A DNA stretch of 63,976 nt, the filler included, from a bacterium (lineage in GTDB: Bacteria; JBBIVP01): the NCBI GenBank assembly GCA_037439705.1. It is 5 parts of 5 records of this genome, joined end to end, with 100 filler letters (N's around TTAATTAATTAA, not from the genome) between each part and the next. Parts side by side here need not be neighbours in the genome. Positions count along the whole stretch, not along the records: positions 27,363 to 40,569 come from JBBIVP010000038.1; positions 40,670 to 53,729 come from JBBIVP010000039.1; 3 more parts are not named here. One strand, 5' to 3'. The position numbers were made by a program, and so were the translations under genes. A model generated the notes under the pieces. That model ran no database searches, was not told the origin of the DNA, and saw nothing but the letters and a program-made list of their open reading frames with translations. Positions within the stretch are counted from its first letter, which is position 1. Each line of letters begins with the position of its first letter. Positions 33,181 through 42,124 of this stretch are shown in pieces.

Positions 33181-33404
33181 ATTTTTTTTTGGAAAATTTA
33201 AGATATGAGCGACATTAAGGAGTGGGGTTTTGATAAATTATTTTTGTAAAAGGATTTCGCTCTTTGGCAACTAAAATGAGATTGCAAAACCGGGGGTTTG
33301 GCGCAAAAATACCCCACAAAATCCAAAAAATTCTCACAAATAAGCAACTTAACCTCGGGGGTCCAATCTGCCAATTTAAAGAATTTGAAAATGAGGGAGG
33401 AAAG

Positions 33405-33438
33405 TTGAATAGAGAATTTAAATTGGTAAAATTGATTT
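33405..33438 (+). promoter_or_regulatory. Sigma70 promoter, leaderless arrangement (DUF1844 gene)
   Basis: TTGAAT-16-(TGg)TAAAAT-6 nt-ATG, no SD. Confidence 0.6.
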
Positions 33439-33903
33439 ATGCCAAAAGAAGAGAAAGAGGGATTAAAAATAATTGATAAAAGAAGGTTCAGACTGAAGGA
33501 GGATGGAACTGTAGAGGGAGTGGAGGAAACGGAGGAAAAAGCCGGGGCGGAGAAAGAAATAAAAAAAGAGGAAATAAAATCAGCAGAGGAAAAGATAAAA
33601 GAGGGTAAGAAAATTATGGATGAGGTGGAGGAAGAAGAACTAATTCAACTTCCACCTGTTGATTTCTAAACATTCATTGCATCTCTCGCCACAACTGTCC
33701 TTGTAAATCTCGGACATATCCCTGATCCATCAACCGGAGAGCTTCTAAAAAATCTTGAGGTGGCAAAATATCACATAGATATAATAGACATGCTCGTTGA
33801 AAAAACGAGAGGAAATCTCTCTCCCGATGAGGAAGAATTTATAAAAGAGGTTTTAAAGGATTTGAAAATCAGATATGTGGAAGAAATAAAAAGCAGTAAT
33901 TAA
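33439..33903 (+). pseudogene. DUF1844-family protein with one in-frame TAA at 33667-33669
   Basis: IIDKRRF N-terminus, then LPPVDF*TFIASLATTVLVNLGHIPDPSTG...NLEVAKYHIDIIDMLVEKTRGNL..DE...LKIRYV; the frame continues to TAA 33903. Confidence 0.8.
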
Positions 33904-33919
33904 TAAGAGGAGGCAAAAG

Positions 33920-35409
33920 ATGAAAAAGGCTATTGGTGGTATTTTGCTCTTTTTTTTAGGCTTTGCGGGTGGGGCAATTCTTTCGGTTGCCGAAGATTTT
34001 CACGGATGGAGTTTTTTTAAATCAAAAACAATTGCGGAAAAAAGTGAACAGATTGAAAAATCAAGCGAACCTTCAAAAATCACAAAACAGGAAGAATGCG
34101 TTACCCTTCCTTCCTTTTCGGAAATTGTTAAAAAGGTAAAGCCCGCTGTTGTGAACATAAAAGCAACGAAGGTAGTAAAAACCCAGCCATCTCCATTTTT
34201 CAGATGGTATGGGGACCCGTTTGAGGAATTCTTCAGGAGATTTTTTGAAGGAATTCCAAGAGAACATGTTGAAAGGAGTCTCGGTTCAGGATTCATAATT
34301 GACGAGGAAGGGTTCATACTTACAAATTACCATGTGGTAAGTGCTGCGAGGGAAATAAGAGTAAGCCTTGAAAGCGGAAAGGAATTTGATGCAGAGGTTA
34401 TAGGAACTGACCAGAAAACCGATATTGCTCTCATAAAGATAAAATCCAATGGCCCATTCCCCACAGTGAAAATGGGAGATTCGGATATCCTTGAGATAGG
34501 AGATTTGGTAATTGCCTTCGGAAATCCATTTGGGCTGGGTCATACTGTAACTGCTGGAATTGTGAGCGCCAAAGAAAGGGTTCTTGGAACAGGTCCTTAT
34601 GACTCCTACATCCAGACCGATGCCCCAATAAACCCTGGAAACAGCGGTGGTCCACTCATAAACATAAAGGGAGAGGTGGTAGGAATAAATGCAATCATAT
34701 ATTCGCCAACTGGCATTCCACAGAACATAGGAATAGGGTTTGCCATTCCAATAAATCTTGCAAAAACTCTTCTTGATCAGCTGAAAAAAGGAAAGGTGGT
34801 GAGAGGATGGCTCGGCGTTTACATTCAGGAAGTAACTGAAGACCTTGCTGAAAGTTTGGGACTGAAAGAACCGATGGGAGCNNNNNNNNNNNNAGTCCGG
34901 CAGAAGAGGCTGGAATAAAAAGAGGAGATGTTATCATCTCCTTTGAAAGAAAGGAAATCCGGAATTCCAGAGAGTTACCAACTATTGTAGCTTCAACCCC
35001 TGTCGGTAAAGTTGTGGATGTCGACATATTAAGAGATGGCAAAAAAATGACACTGAAGGTGAAAATCGGAAAAATGCCCGAGGAAGGAGAAATGGTTGCA
35101 GAAGGTGAAGAAGAAACAGTGGTAGAAGAAAAAATAGGGCTCAGAGTTCAAAATCTGACAAAGGAGATGGCTGAATCCCTTGGCATTAATGAGCCATACG
35201 GAGTTATAGTAACCGAGGTGCTTCCAAATACACCCGCTGAAAATGCTGGTTTTCAAAGAGGAGATGTAATATTTGAGGTAAACAGAAAAATTGTCCGGGA
35301 TGTTGAGGAATTTAAAAGCCAGATTAAACAGGCGCTTGAAAAAAAGGTTGTCCTCTTTCTTGTAAAAAGAGGAAGGGCAACAATCTACATCGCCTTGAAA
35401 TTGAGATAA
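33920..35409 (+). CDS. DegP/DegQ (HtrA) serine endoprotease with two PDZ domains, spanning a 12-N scaffold gap
   Basis: [34 protein letters not shown] and RGWLGV motifs; PDZ sequence resumes after the gap at 34882-34893 ([14 protein letters not shown]). Confidence 0.92.
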
Positions 35410-35448
35410 AGACCGAAATTAGTTTTTATTTTAAACAAAATTCACTCA

Positions 35449-35463
35449 TGGTAGTATTAAGAG
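35449..35463 (+). promoter_or_regulatory. Extended -10 promoter, leaderless arrangement (tauE-like gene)
   Basis: TGgTAGTAT-6 nt-ATG. Confidence 0.5.
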
Positions 35464-36243
35464 ATGAAAATTTTGTTTATACTTCTTTGTCTTATCACAG
35501 GATTCATCAGTGGATTTTCTGCAGGGTTTTTTGGTATAGGTGGAGGAATAATAAATGTTCCATTTCTTCTCGCCCTGTTCTATTTTTTTCAGAATGTTGG
35601 AGATCCGGTTAAAAAAAGCATTGCAAGTTCCCTTGCTGTTGTATTTATTGCTTCCCTTTCTTCCTCCTACACACATTTTAAAACAAACAGAAACCTTCTT
35701 CTTAAAAATATCATCATACTGGGCTCTGCAGGAGGAGCGGGAGCAATTATTGGAGCCCATATTGCAATTTCCATTAAATCCTTATATCTAAAAAAAGCCT
35801 TTGGTCTAATTGAAATTCTGGCATCCCTCTACATACTGTTTCACAAAGAATCTGAAGACGGGAAAAAAAACGGCAATTCAGTTCTCCCCGGCATTTTCGC
35901 ATTTATTGCAGGAATTTTTTCTGCAACCTTTGGAATAGGCGGAGGTGTAATTTTTATACCTCTTATGAGATTTTCTACCTCATACTCCCTTCATGATATC
36001 ATAGGGTATTCAAGCGGAATGATACCATTTGCTTCTTTGTTCGGGATTTCCCAGTATTTATGGGTTGGACTCTCAAAGGGAAAAAATTTAATAAATTTTC
36101 AGGCTGTTATTCCAATGGCTTTAACAAGTATCATCGGAGCAAGGTTCGGAGCAAGGTGGGTTTATAAATTGAATAAAGAAAAACTGAAGGTTTTTTATTC
36201 ATTATTTCTTTTTCTGATAGGATGTTATCTTATTTTCTCTTGA
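35464..36243 (+). CDS. TauE/SafE (TSUP) family transporter
   Basis: Duplicated GFFGIGGG / TFGIGGG motifs, about 8 TM helices. Confidence 0.88.
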   Translation: MKILFILLCLITGFISGFSAGFFGIGGGIINVPFLLALFYFFQNVGDPVKKSIASSLAVVFIASLSSSYTHFKTNRNLLLKNIIILGSAGGAGAIIGAHIAISIKSLYLKKAFGLIEILASLYILFHKESEDGKKNGNSVLPGIFAFIAGIFSATFGIGGGVIFIPLMRFSTSYSLHDIIGYSSGMIPFASLFGISQYLWVGLSKGKNLINFQAVIPMALTSIIGARFGARWVYKLNKEKLKVFYSLFLFLIGCYLIFS

Positions 36244-36287
36244 TGGTTATGGGAAAATTTAATAAAATTTAAAAAAAAGGAGGAGAA

Positions 36288-36839
36288 ATGGAGGTAAAGG
36301 TCGGAAATCTAATTATAGAGTGCATAAGGGGAGATATTGCGAATCAGCAGGGTATTGATGCGGTGGTAAATGCAGCCAATGCAATGTTAAAACCGGGAGG
36401 AGGAGTTGCGGGTGCCATTCACAGGGCTGCAGGTCCTGAACTTGAAAAAGAGTGCCGAAAATATGCGCCGATAAAACCGGGAGATGCTGTAATTACAAAA
36501 GGATACAGACTTCCAAACAAGTATGTGATTCACTGTCTTGGACCGGTTTATGGAGTTGACCATCCTGAAGATGAACTCTTGAGTAAATGCTACAGAAATG
36601 CCTTAAAACTCGCGGAAGAACACAAAATTGAATCAATTGCATTTCCAGCCATTTCCACTGGAGCATTTGGATACCCTATGGAAGATGCAGCGGAGGTCGC
36701 TTTCAAAACCATTCTTTCAATGGTTGATGAATTAAAAAATGTAAAAAGAATAAGGTTTGTCCTTTATGCTGAAAAGGACCTCAAAATTCATGAGGAGGTT
36801 CTAAAAAAAATCCTTGAAGAAAAGGGACTGGCAAAATGA
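36288..36839 (+). CDS. Macro domain protein (YmdB-like ADP-ribose binding/hydrolase)
   Basis: GDI, VNAAN, GGGVAGAIHRAAG and FPAISTGAFGYP motifs. Confidence 0.93.
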   Translation: MEVKVGNLIIECIRGDIANQQGIDAVVNAANAMLKPGGGVAGAIHRAAGPELEKECRKYAPIKPGDAVITKGYRLPNKYVIHCLGPVYGVDHPEDELLSKCYRNALKLAEEHKIESIAFPAISTGAFGYPMEDAAEVAFKTILSMVDELKNVKRIRFVLYAEKDLKIHEEVLKKILEEKGLAK

Positions 36840-36852
36840 AAGAAAATGATAA

Positions 36853-38373
36853 ATGCGTATAAGGGAATTTTTTCTAATTTTATTTATCATTTCATGTTCC
36901 TCAGAAAAAAGTAAAGACCAGATTTACGGAATAATAAGCTCTGAACCACCATCACTTGACCCTGCTCTTGCTACAGACAGCGTTTCATATCTCATTCTAA
37001 ATAACATAATGGAGGGACTCACAAAATTTGATGAGAATATGAATGTGGTTCCGGGTCTTGCAGAAAGATGGGAAATCCTTGATGGAGGAAGAAAATTTGT
37101 TTTTCATTTAAGGGAAGCAAAGTGGTCTGACGGAAAAGAAATAACGGCAGATGACTTCATTTATGGATGGAAGAGGCTTTTAAACCCAAAAACCGGGGCG
37201 GAATACGGCTATTTTCTATATCCTGTAAAGGGAGCGATGGATTTTAATACAGGAAGAATTAAGGAAATAGGCATCCAGGCAATTGATAAAAAAACAATAC
37301 TTGTTGAACTTGAGGAGCCGATAGTTTTCTTTCCAGCAATGGTAGCATTTATGTCAACATATCCACAGAGAAAAGACCTTGTTGAGAAATATGGAGAAAG
37401 GTGGCTATACCCTCCACACGGTGCATACTGCGGTCCTTTCATCCTGAAAAGATGGAAAAGGGATTATTCCATTGAACTTGAAGGAAATCCTTTTTATTAC
37501 AGACCTGTTTCAAAAAAGGTGAAACTCTTTGTTGTAAGCGATGTGTCCTCTGCCATATCCCTTTACAAAAAGAATTTTATAGATTATATGGGCATCCCTT
37601 CATTTCTTCTCTCTCATATAAAAAAGGGTGAGTTTGAAGGAGAAATTTTTTCCTTCCCCGCATTCAGGGGCTCGTATATTGGATTTAACACAAAAAAAGA
37701 GCCATTTGATTCTCCTCTTATAAGAAAGGCATTCGCCATGGCAATAGATAAGAATGAAATAATAAAGGTAATAGGAACTGGAATTCCAGCAAACTCCTGG
37801 ATACCTCCCGGAATGTTCGGACACAATCCATCAATAGGATTGGAGTTTGACCCCGAAAAAGCAAAGGAACTTCTGAAAGAGAGTGGAAAGGAAATAAAGG
37901 AAATTTCGCTTTATTACAACTATACACCAGAAAATCACCTCATAGCCCAGAACATTCAGGAACAATGGATGAGAAATCTCGGCATAAAGGTCAAACTTGA
38001 AACAATGGAATGGAAGGCATTTCTCCAGATGGTAAAACTCTCTCCACCTCCTGCGTACAGGCTTGGATGGGCTGCAGACTATCCCGACCCTGATAACTTT
38101 ATGACATTGTTTACATCCACAAGTGGAAACAACCATACAGAATGGAAAAACGAAAGGTATGACAGGTTAATAGAACTTGCCAGGTCTGAACCGAATTTAT
38201 CCCGAAGGCTAAAACTCTATAATGAAGCCCAGAAAATTCTTGTTGAGGAAGATGTTCCGATAATTCCACTCTTTTTCAATACGAACAATTACCTCGTTCA
38301 TCCCTGTATAAAAAACTTCAATCCCGGAGCACTTGATATTATTTCATTTTATTCTGTAGAAAAGGAATGCTGA
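36853..38373 (+). CDS. Peptide ABC transporter substrate-binding lipoprotein (OppA-like)
   Basis: Lipobox IISC; EPPSLDP, EGL, AKWSDG, TADDF and GWAADYPDP motifs. Confidence 0.9.
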   Translation: MRIREFFLILFIISCSSEKSKDQIYGIISSEPPSLDPALATDSVSYLILNNIMEGLTKFDENMNVVPGLAERWEILDGGRKFVFHLREAKWSDGKEITADDFIYGWKRLLNPKTGAEYGYFLYPVKGAMDFNTGRIKEIGIQAIDKKTILVELEEPIVFFPAMVAFMSTYPQRKDLVEKYGERWLYPPHGAYCGPFILKRWKRDYSIELEGNPFYYRPVSKKVKLFVVSDVSSAISLYKKNFIDYMGIPSFLLSHIKKGEFEGEIFSFPAFRGSYIGFNTKKEPFDSPLIRKAFAMAIDKNEIIKVIGTGIPANSWIPPGMFGHNPSIGLEFDPEKAKELLKESGKEIKEISLYYNYTPENHLIAQNIQEQWMRNLGIKVKLETMEWKAFLQMVKLSPPPAYRLGWAADYPDPDNFMTLFTSTSGNNHTEWKNERYDRLIELARSEPNLSRRLKLYNEAQKILVEEDVPIIPLFFNTNNYLVHPCIKNFNPGALDIISFYSVEKEC

Positions 38374-39263
38374 AAAAAATCTTCGCTGGACTGATTACTC
38401 TCTGGATTGTGTTAACCCTAACTTTCTTCATATTGAGGTGGATACCGGGTGGTCCATTTGACGAAGAAAAGGCATTGCCACCGGAAGTAAAGGAAAACAT
38501 CTCTACGCTTTACGGACTGAACCTTCCGCTTCATGTTCAGTACATAAAATATATAAAATCCCTTTTAAAGGGAGATTTGGGACCATCTTTAAAATTCAGG
38601 GATTTGAGGGTAAATAACATCATTTCTCAAGCGCTTCCTGTTTCGGCAAGAATTGGAATACTTGCCTTTTTTCTATCTCTCTTTCTTGGCATATCTTTAG
38701 GACTGATGGAAGGGACCGGAAAAAATTTTTCAAGACCTGTTTCAGCGTTTTTCAGCATCCTCATCTCCTTTCCATCCTTTGGCTGGGCATCTCTTCTTCT
38801 GTTCTTTTTTTCCTACAAAACAGGCATTTTCCCACCCGCACTTCTTGAAACACTTTCTCATTATTTTCTCCCTGTTATAACACTTTCCATAATTCCCACT
38901 GCCCACATAGGAATGCTTGTGGGTACGAGAGCAAGGGAGGAAAAGGAAAAAGGCTATTTTACCTTTCACCGCTCCCTTGGATTCAGTGAGGCAAAAATAT
39001 ACGGAAAGTTTTTACTCAAGAATGTTCTTTCTCCTGTGCTTTCCTCCATTGGACCACTTTTTGCCTATTTAATCACGGGGTCTTTCATTGTTGAAAAGAT
39101 ATTTGCGATTCCCGGACTTGGAAAATTCTTTGTCACATCTGTAATAGACAGAGACTACACCACTGTAATGGGGCTAACCCTTCTTTTCTGTTCAATCCTC
39201 ATTGTGGTTAACATAATGACTGAATGGCTTTTGAGAATTATAGACCCGAGGGAAAGAAAATGA
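38367..39263 (+). CDS. Peptide ABC transporter permease (OppB-like)
   Basis: PGGPF, GDLGPS, GSFIVEKIFAIPGLG and IDPR motifs. Confidence 0.9.
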   Translation: MLKKIFAGLITLWIVLTLTFFILRWIPGGPFDEEKALPPEVKENISTLYGLNLPLHVQYIKYIKSLLKGDLGPSLKFRDLRVNNIISQALPVSARIGILAFFLSLFLGISLGLMEGTGKNFSRPVSAFFSILISFPSFGWASLLLFFFSYKTGIFPPALLETLSHYFLPVITLSIIPTAHIGMLVGTRAREEKEKGYFTFHRSLGFSEAKIYGKFLLKNVLSPVLSSIGPLFAYLITGSFIVEKIFAIPGLGKFFVTSVIDRDYTTVMGLTLLFCSILIVVNIMTEWLLRIIDPRERK

Positions 39264-40024
39264 AGTGGGTTCTTCTTACATTTCTTTCCATTATTGCTCT
39301 TGCCTGTATTTTTGCTCCATACATCACAAAAAAATCGCCCTACGAACAGAATATAGCCAAAATTCTCTCTGCACCTTCTTCTGAACATCCATTTGGAACA
39401 GACCAGCTCGGAAGAGACCTTTTTTCAAGGGTTCTTTATGGAGGAAGGACAACATTCATTATATCAACCATTTCAGCCTGTTTGAGCCTATTAATTGGTA
39501 CAGCAATAGGAATTCTTTCGGGATATAAAGGAGGAATTTTTGATACGCTCATCATGAGAATTCTTGACGGAATATATTCGTTTCCTGACCTTCTCACAAT
39601 AATTATTCTTACTGTGCTACTCGGAAGAAAACCATCGGGAATTATCCTGTCCTTAAGCCTCACCACATGGGTGGTGGTGGCAAGAATAGTCAGAGGAGAA
39701 GTTATAAGGTTAAAAAATCTTGAAATGGTGGAAGCAGGGATAGCGCTCGGAGCAACTCACTGGCGGATAATCTTTTTTTACATTCTACCAAACCTGAAGA
39801 ACCTTTTAATCACTCTATTTGTTATGAGAATCCCGGGAGCGATTCTATCAGAATCCGTGCTTTCCTTTCTCGGACTTGGACTTGCTCCCCCATCTGCAAG
39901 CTGGGGAATACTTGTAAACGAAGGCTGGAACCTTTTATTCTTCGCTCCTCATCTTGTTATTTTCCCGAGCATTTTCATCTTTCTCACCGTCCTTTCACTT
40001 TATCTTCTGGGGAAAAACCTGTGA
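39260..40024 (+). CDS. Peptide ABC transporter permease (OppC-like)
   Basis: HPFGTDQLGRD, EAGIALGA and ESVLSFLGLG motifs; ATGA overlap at 39260. Confidence 0.9.
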   Translation: MKWVLLTFLSIIALACIFAPYITKKSPYEQNIAKILSAPSSEHPFGTDQLGRDLFSRVLYGGRTTFIISTISACLSLLIGTAIGILSGYKGGIFDTLIMRILDGIYSFPDLLTIIILTVLLGRKPSGIILSLSLTTWVVVARIVRGEVIRLKNLEMVEAGIALGATHWRIIFFYILPNLKNLLITLFVMRIPGAILSESVLSFLGLGLAPPSASWGILVNEGWNLLFFAPHLVIFPSIFIFLTVLSLYLLGKNL

Positions 40025-40569
40025 AGGAAGCACAATCTTTTCAATGGCACATAACAAACTTATGCAATTTCAGATGTTCACACTGTTACCAGGAAGACTT
40101 TTCTTCAGAGCACGACCTTCCATCTGATAAAATAAAAACAATTTTAGAAAATTTAAAAAATCAGTTTGGAAAAATTTTCATAAACATAACAGGCGGTGAG
40201 CCTTTTCTAAAAAAGGATTTTTTTGGAATTCTTGAACTCATTGAAAAATTTGACGGAGTTGAAGGATTTAACATCATAACAAACGGGATATTTCTTGATG
40301 AAGAAAAAATTGGAACCTTAAAAAAATCTCAAAAGTTGAAAGAATTAAAAATTTCCATTGAAGGAATAAAATCCAACGACTTCATAAGGGGAAAAGAGGC
40401 TCTAAATGCGGTCAAAAAGAACTTAGAAAAAATTTCTGGAATTAAAAGGATAATTATGTTCACAGTGGCCAGTTATAACTACAAAGAGATTGAGGATGTA
40501 TTTGACTTCGCAAGAAATAATGCTGATGGATTGATAGTTGAAAGGTTTGTTCCCCTTGGAAATGGTTTG
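40021..40569 (+). CDS. Radical SAM protein (3'-truncated)
   Basis: CNFRCSHC (CxxxCxxC), TGGEP and TNG motifs. Confidence 0.88.
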
Positions 40570-40669
40570 NNNNNNNNNNNNNNNNNNNNNNNNNNNNNNN
40601 NNNNNNNNNNNNNTTAATTAATTAANNNNNNNNNNNNNNNNNNNNNNNNNNNNNNNNNNNNNNNNNNNN
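40570..40669. other. Artificial contig linker
   Basis: N44-TTAATTAATTAA-N44. Confidence 0.98.
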
Positions 40670-41218
40670 TCTTTCCTTTTGAAGGGAACTTATTTCCTGA
40701 TATCTTTTTTTCAGTTCCCTTATTTCCCTTACAATCCCTTTCAACTCTTTGTGAAGGGAGATTGCATCACAGAAGGCATCAAGGTACTCAGCATGTTTTT
40801 GTGGTTTTAAAAGTTCAACAGCTCCTCCCTGTCCGGTTATCTCTACGAGTTCCTCGCCTATTTCCTTTAAGGTTCCAACTGTTGAAATGGAACCTCCTAT
40901 GTAAACCCTTGACCTTCCATCTGATTCAAGAATTCTCTTTATCAGAAGTCTGTCGTCATCAAGAGTAATTCCTCTTTCTTCAAGCCAGCCTTTTAACTCC
41001 TTTTTTTTGATCTGAAAAAGGGCTTCAACCTCACAGGATTTCTGACCCTCTTTTATCATTGAAGTGGATGCCCTCCCGCCCAGGAGAAATTGAAGGGAGC
41101 CAATGAGCATTGATTTTCCTGCGCCTGTTTCGCCCGTTACTACATTGAATCCTTCAGAAAATGTAAGAAATATCTCAGAAAATATGCCGAAGTTTTTTAT
41201 CCTTATTTCCTCTATCAT
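40670..41218 (-). CDS. recN: DNA repair protein RecN (3'-truncated)
   Basis: TGETGAGKS Walker A, GRSRVYI; follows nadK. Confidence 0.92.
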
Positions 41219-42045
41219 TCACTTCCCCATCCCAGTTTCTTTCTTAAAATTGAGAAGTAATCCTTTCCTTTTGGCATAATCAAATTTGCTGTATATGGAG
41301 ACCTTTCTACAATAACTATGTCATCTTTTTCAAGAATAAATCCCACCTGTCCGTCAAGGGTGATGTATACCTCATCACCCCTTTCTATAAGGATTTTGAT
41401 TACCGCATCCGGAGAGATTATTATCGGTCTGTTTGTGAGGGTATGGGGACAGATAGGAGACAGAATGATGCATTCAACAGAAGGATGAACAACCGGACCA
41501 TCCGCAGCGAGGGAATAGGCGGTGGAGCCTGTGGGAGTTGAAACTATGAGACCATCCGCCCTGTACCTTGACAGAAATTTGTTGTTAACTTCAACATATA
41601 TCTGAATAATCCTGGCAAGTGCTCCTTTATTCACAACCACATCGTTTAGCACATCCATCGCCAGAATTTCATTTTCCTTCCTCAAAACCATTCCTCTGAG
41701 CATCATCCTCTTTTCAACTTTCAGTTCACCCTTTTTAAATGCCAGGATTGTTTCCTCTACCTCTCCAACATTTGTCCATGTCATAAACCCTAATCCGCCG
41801 AGGTTTATTCCCATTATCGGGACATTCCTTCCCTGAAGAAACCTTATTCCTCTCAAAAGGGTTCCATCTCCTCCCATTACGATGAGAATGTCTATTGGAG
41901 AGGAAGGTTGAAGTACCTCTTCTTTTAAATCAACTTCTTTTTCAACAAATACTGTAAATCCTTCTTTTTTTAAAAATTGAAGAAGCGGATTCAGTTCTTC
42001 TACAGCTTTTGGGTTTTTCCATTTTCCTATTATTCCAATTTTCAT
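41215..42045 (-). CDS. nadK: NAD kinase
   Basis: GGDGT, GINLGGLGF, LNDVV, ADGLIVSTPTGSTAYSLA and DGQ motifs. Confidence 0.96.
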   Translation of the reverse strand: MKIGIIGKWKNPKAVEELNPLLQFLKKEGFTVFVEKEVDLKEEVLQPSSPIDILIVMGGDGTLLRGIRFLQGRNVPIMGINLGGLGFMTWTNVGEVEETILAFKKGELKVEKRMMLRGMVLRKENEILAMDVLNDVVVNKGALARIIQIYVEVNNKFLSRYRADGLIVSTPTGSTAYSLAADGPVVHPSVECIILSPICPHTLTNRPIIISPDAVIKILIERGDEVYITLDGQVGFILEKDDIVIVERSPYTANLIMPKGKDYFSILRKKLGWGSE

Positions 42046-42080
42046 CTCTATAAATATACCTTTTATTTTTTCCCTTTCAA
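42046..42080 (-). promoter_or_regulatory. Sigma70 promoter, leaderless arrangement (nadK)
   Basis: TTGAAA-16-TATATT-7 nt-ATG. Confidence 0.5.
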
Positions 42081-42124
42081 GAAAGGTTTAAATTTTTAAT
42101 ATCAGAGAAGGAACTTTCTTGCAA

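Noticed and set aside
31266-33440. CRISPR array near cas6
   Set aside because: No repeat-spacer periodicity is visible; at most one repeat-like 30-mer, reported as a weak finding.
34882-34893. Apparent split or frameshift of degP into two ORFs
   Set aside because: It coincides with a 12-N scaffold gap of uncertain true length; the domains continue normally on both sides.
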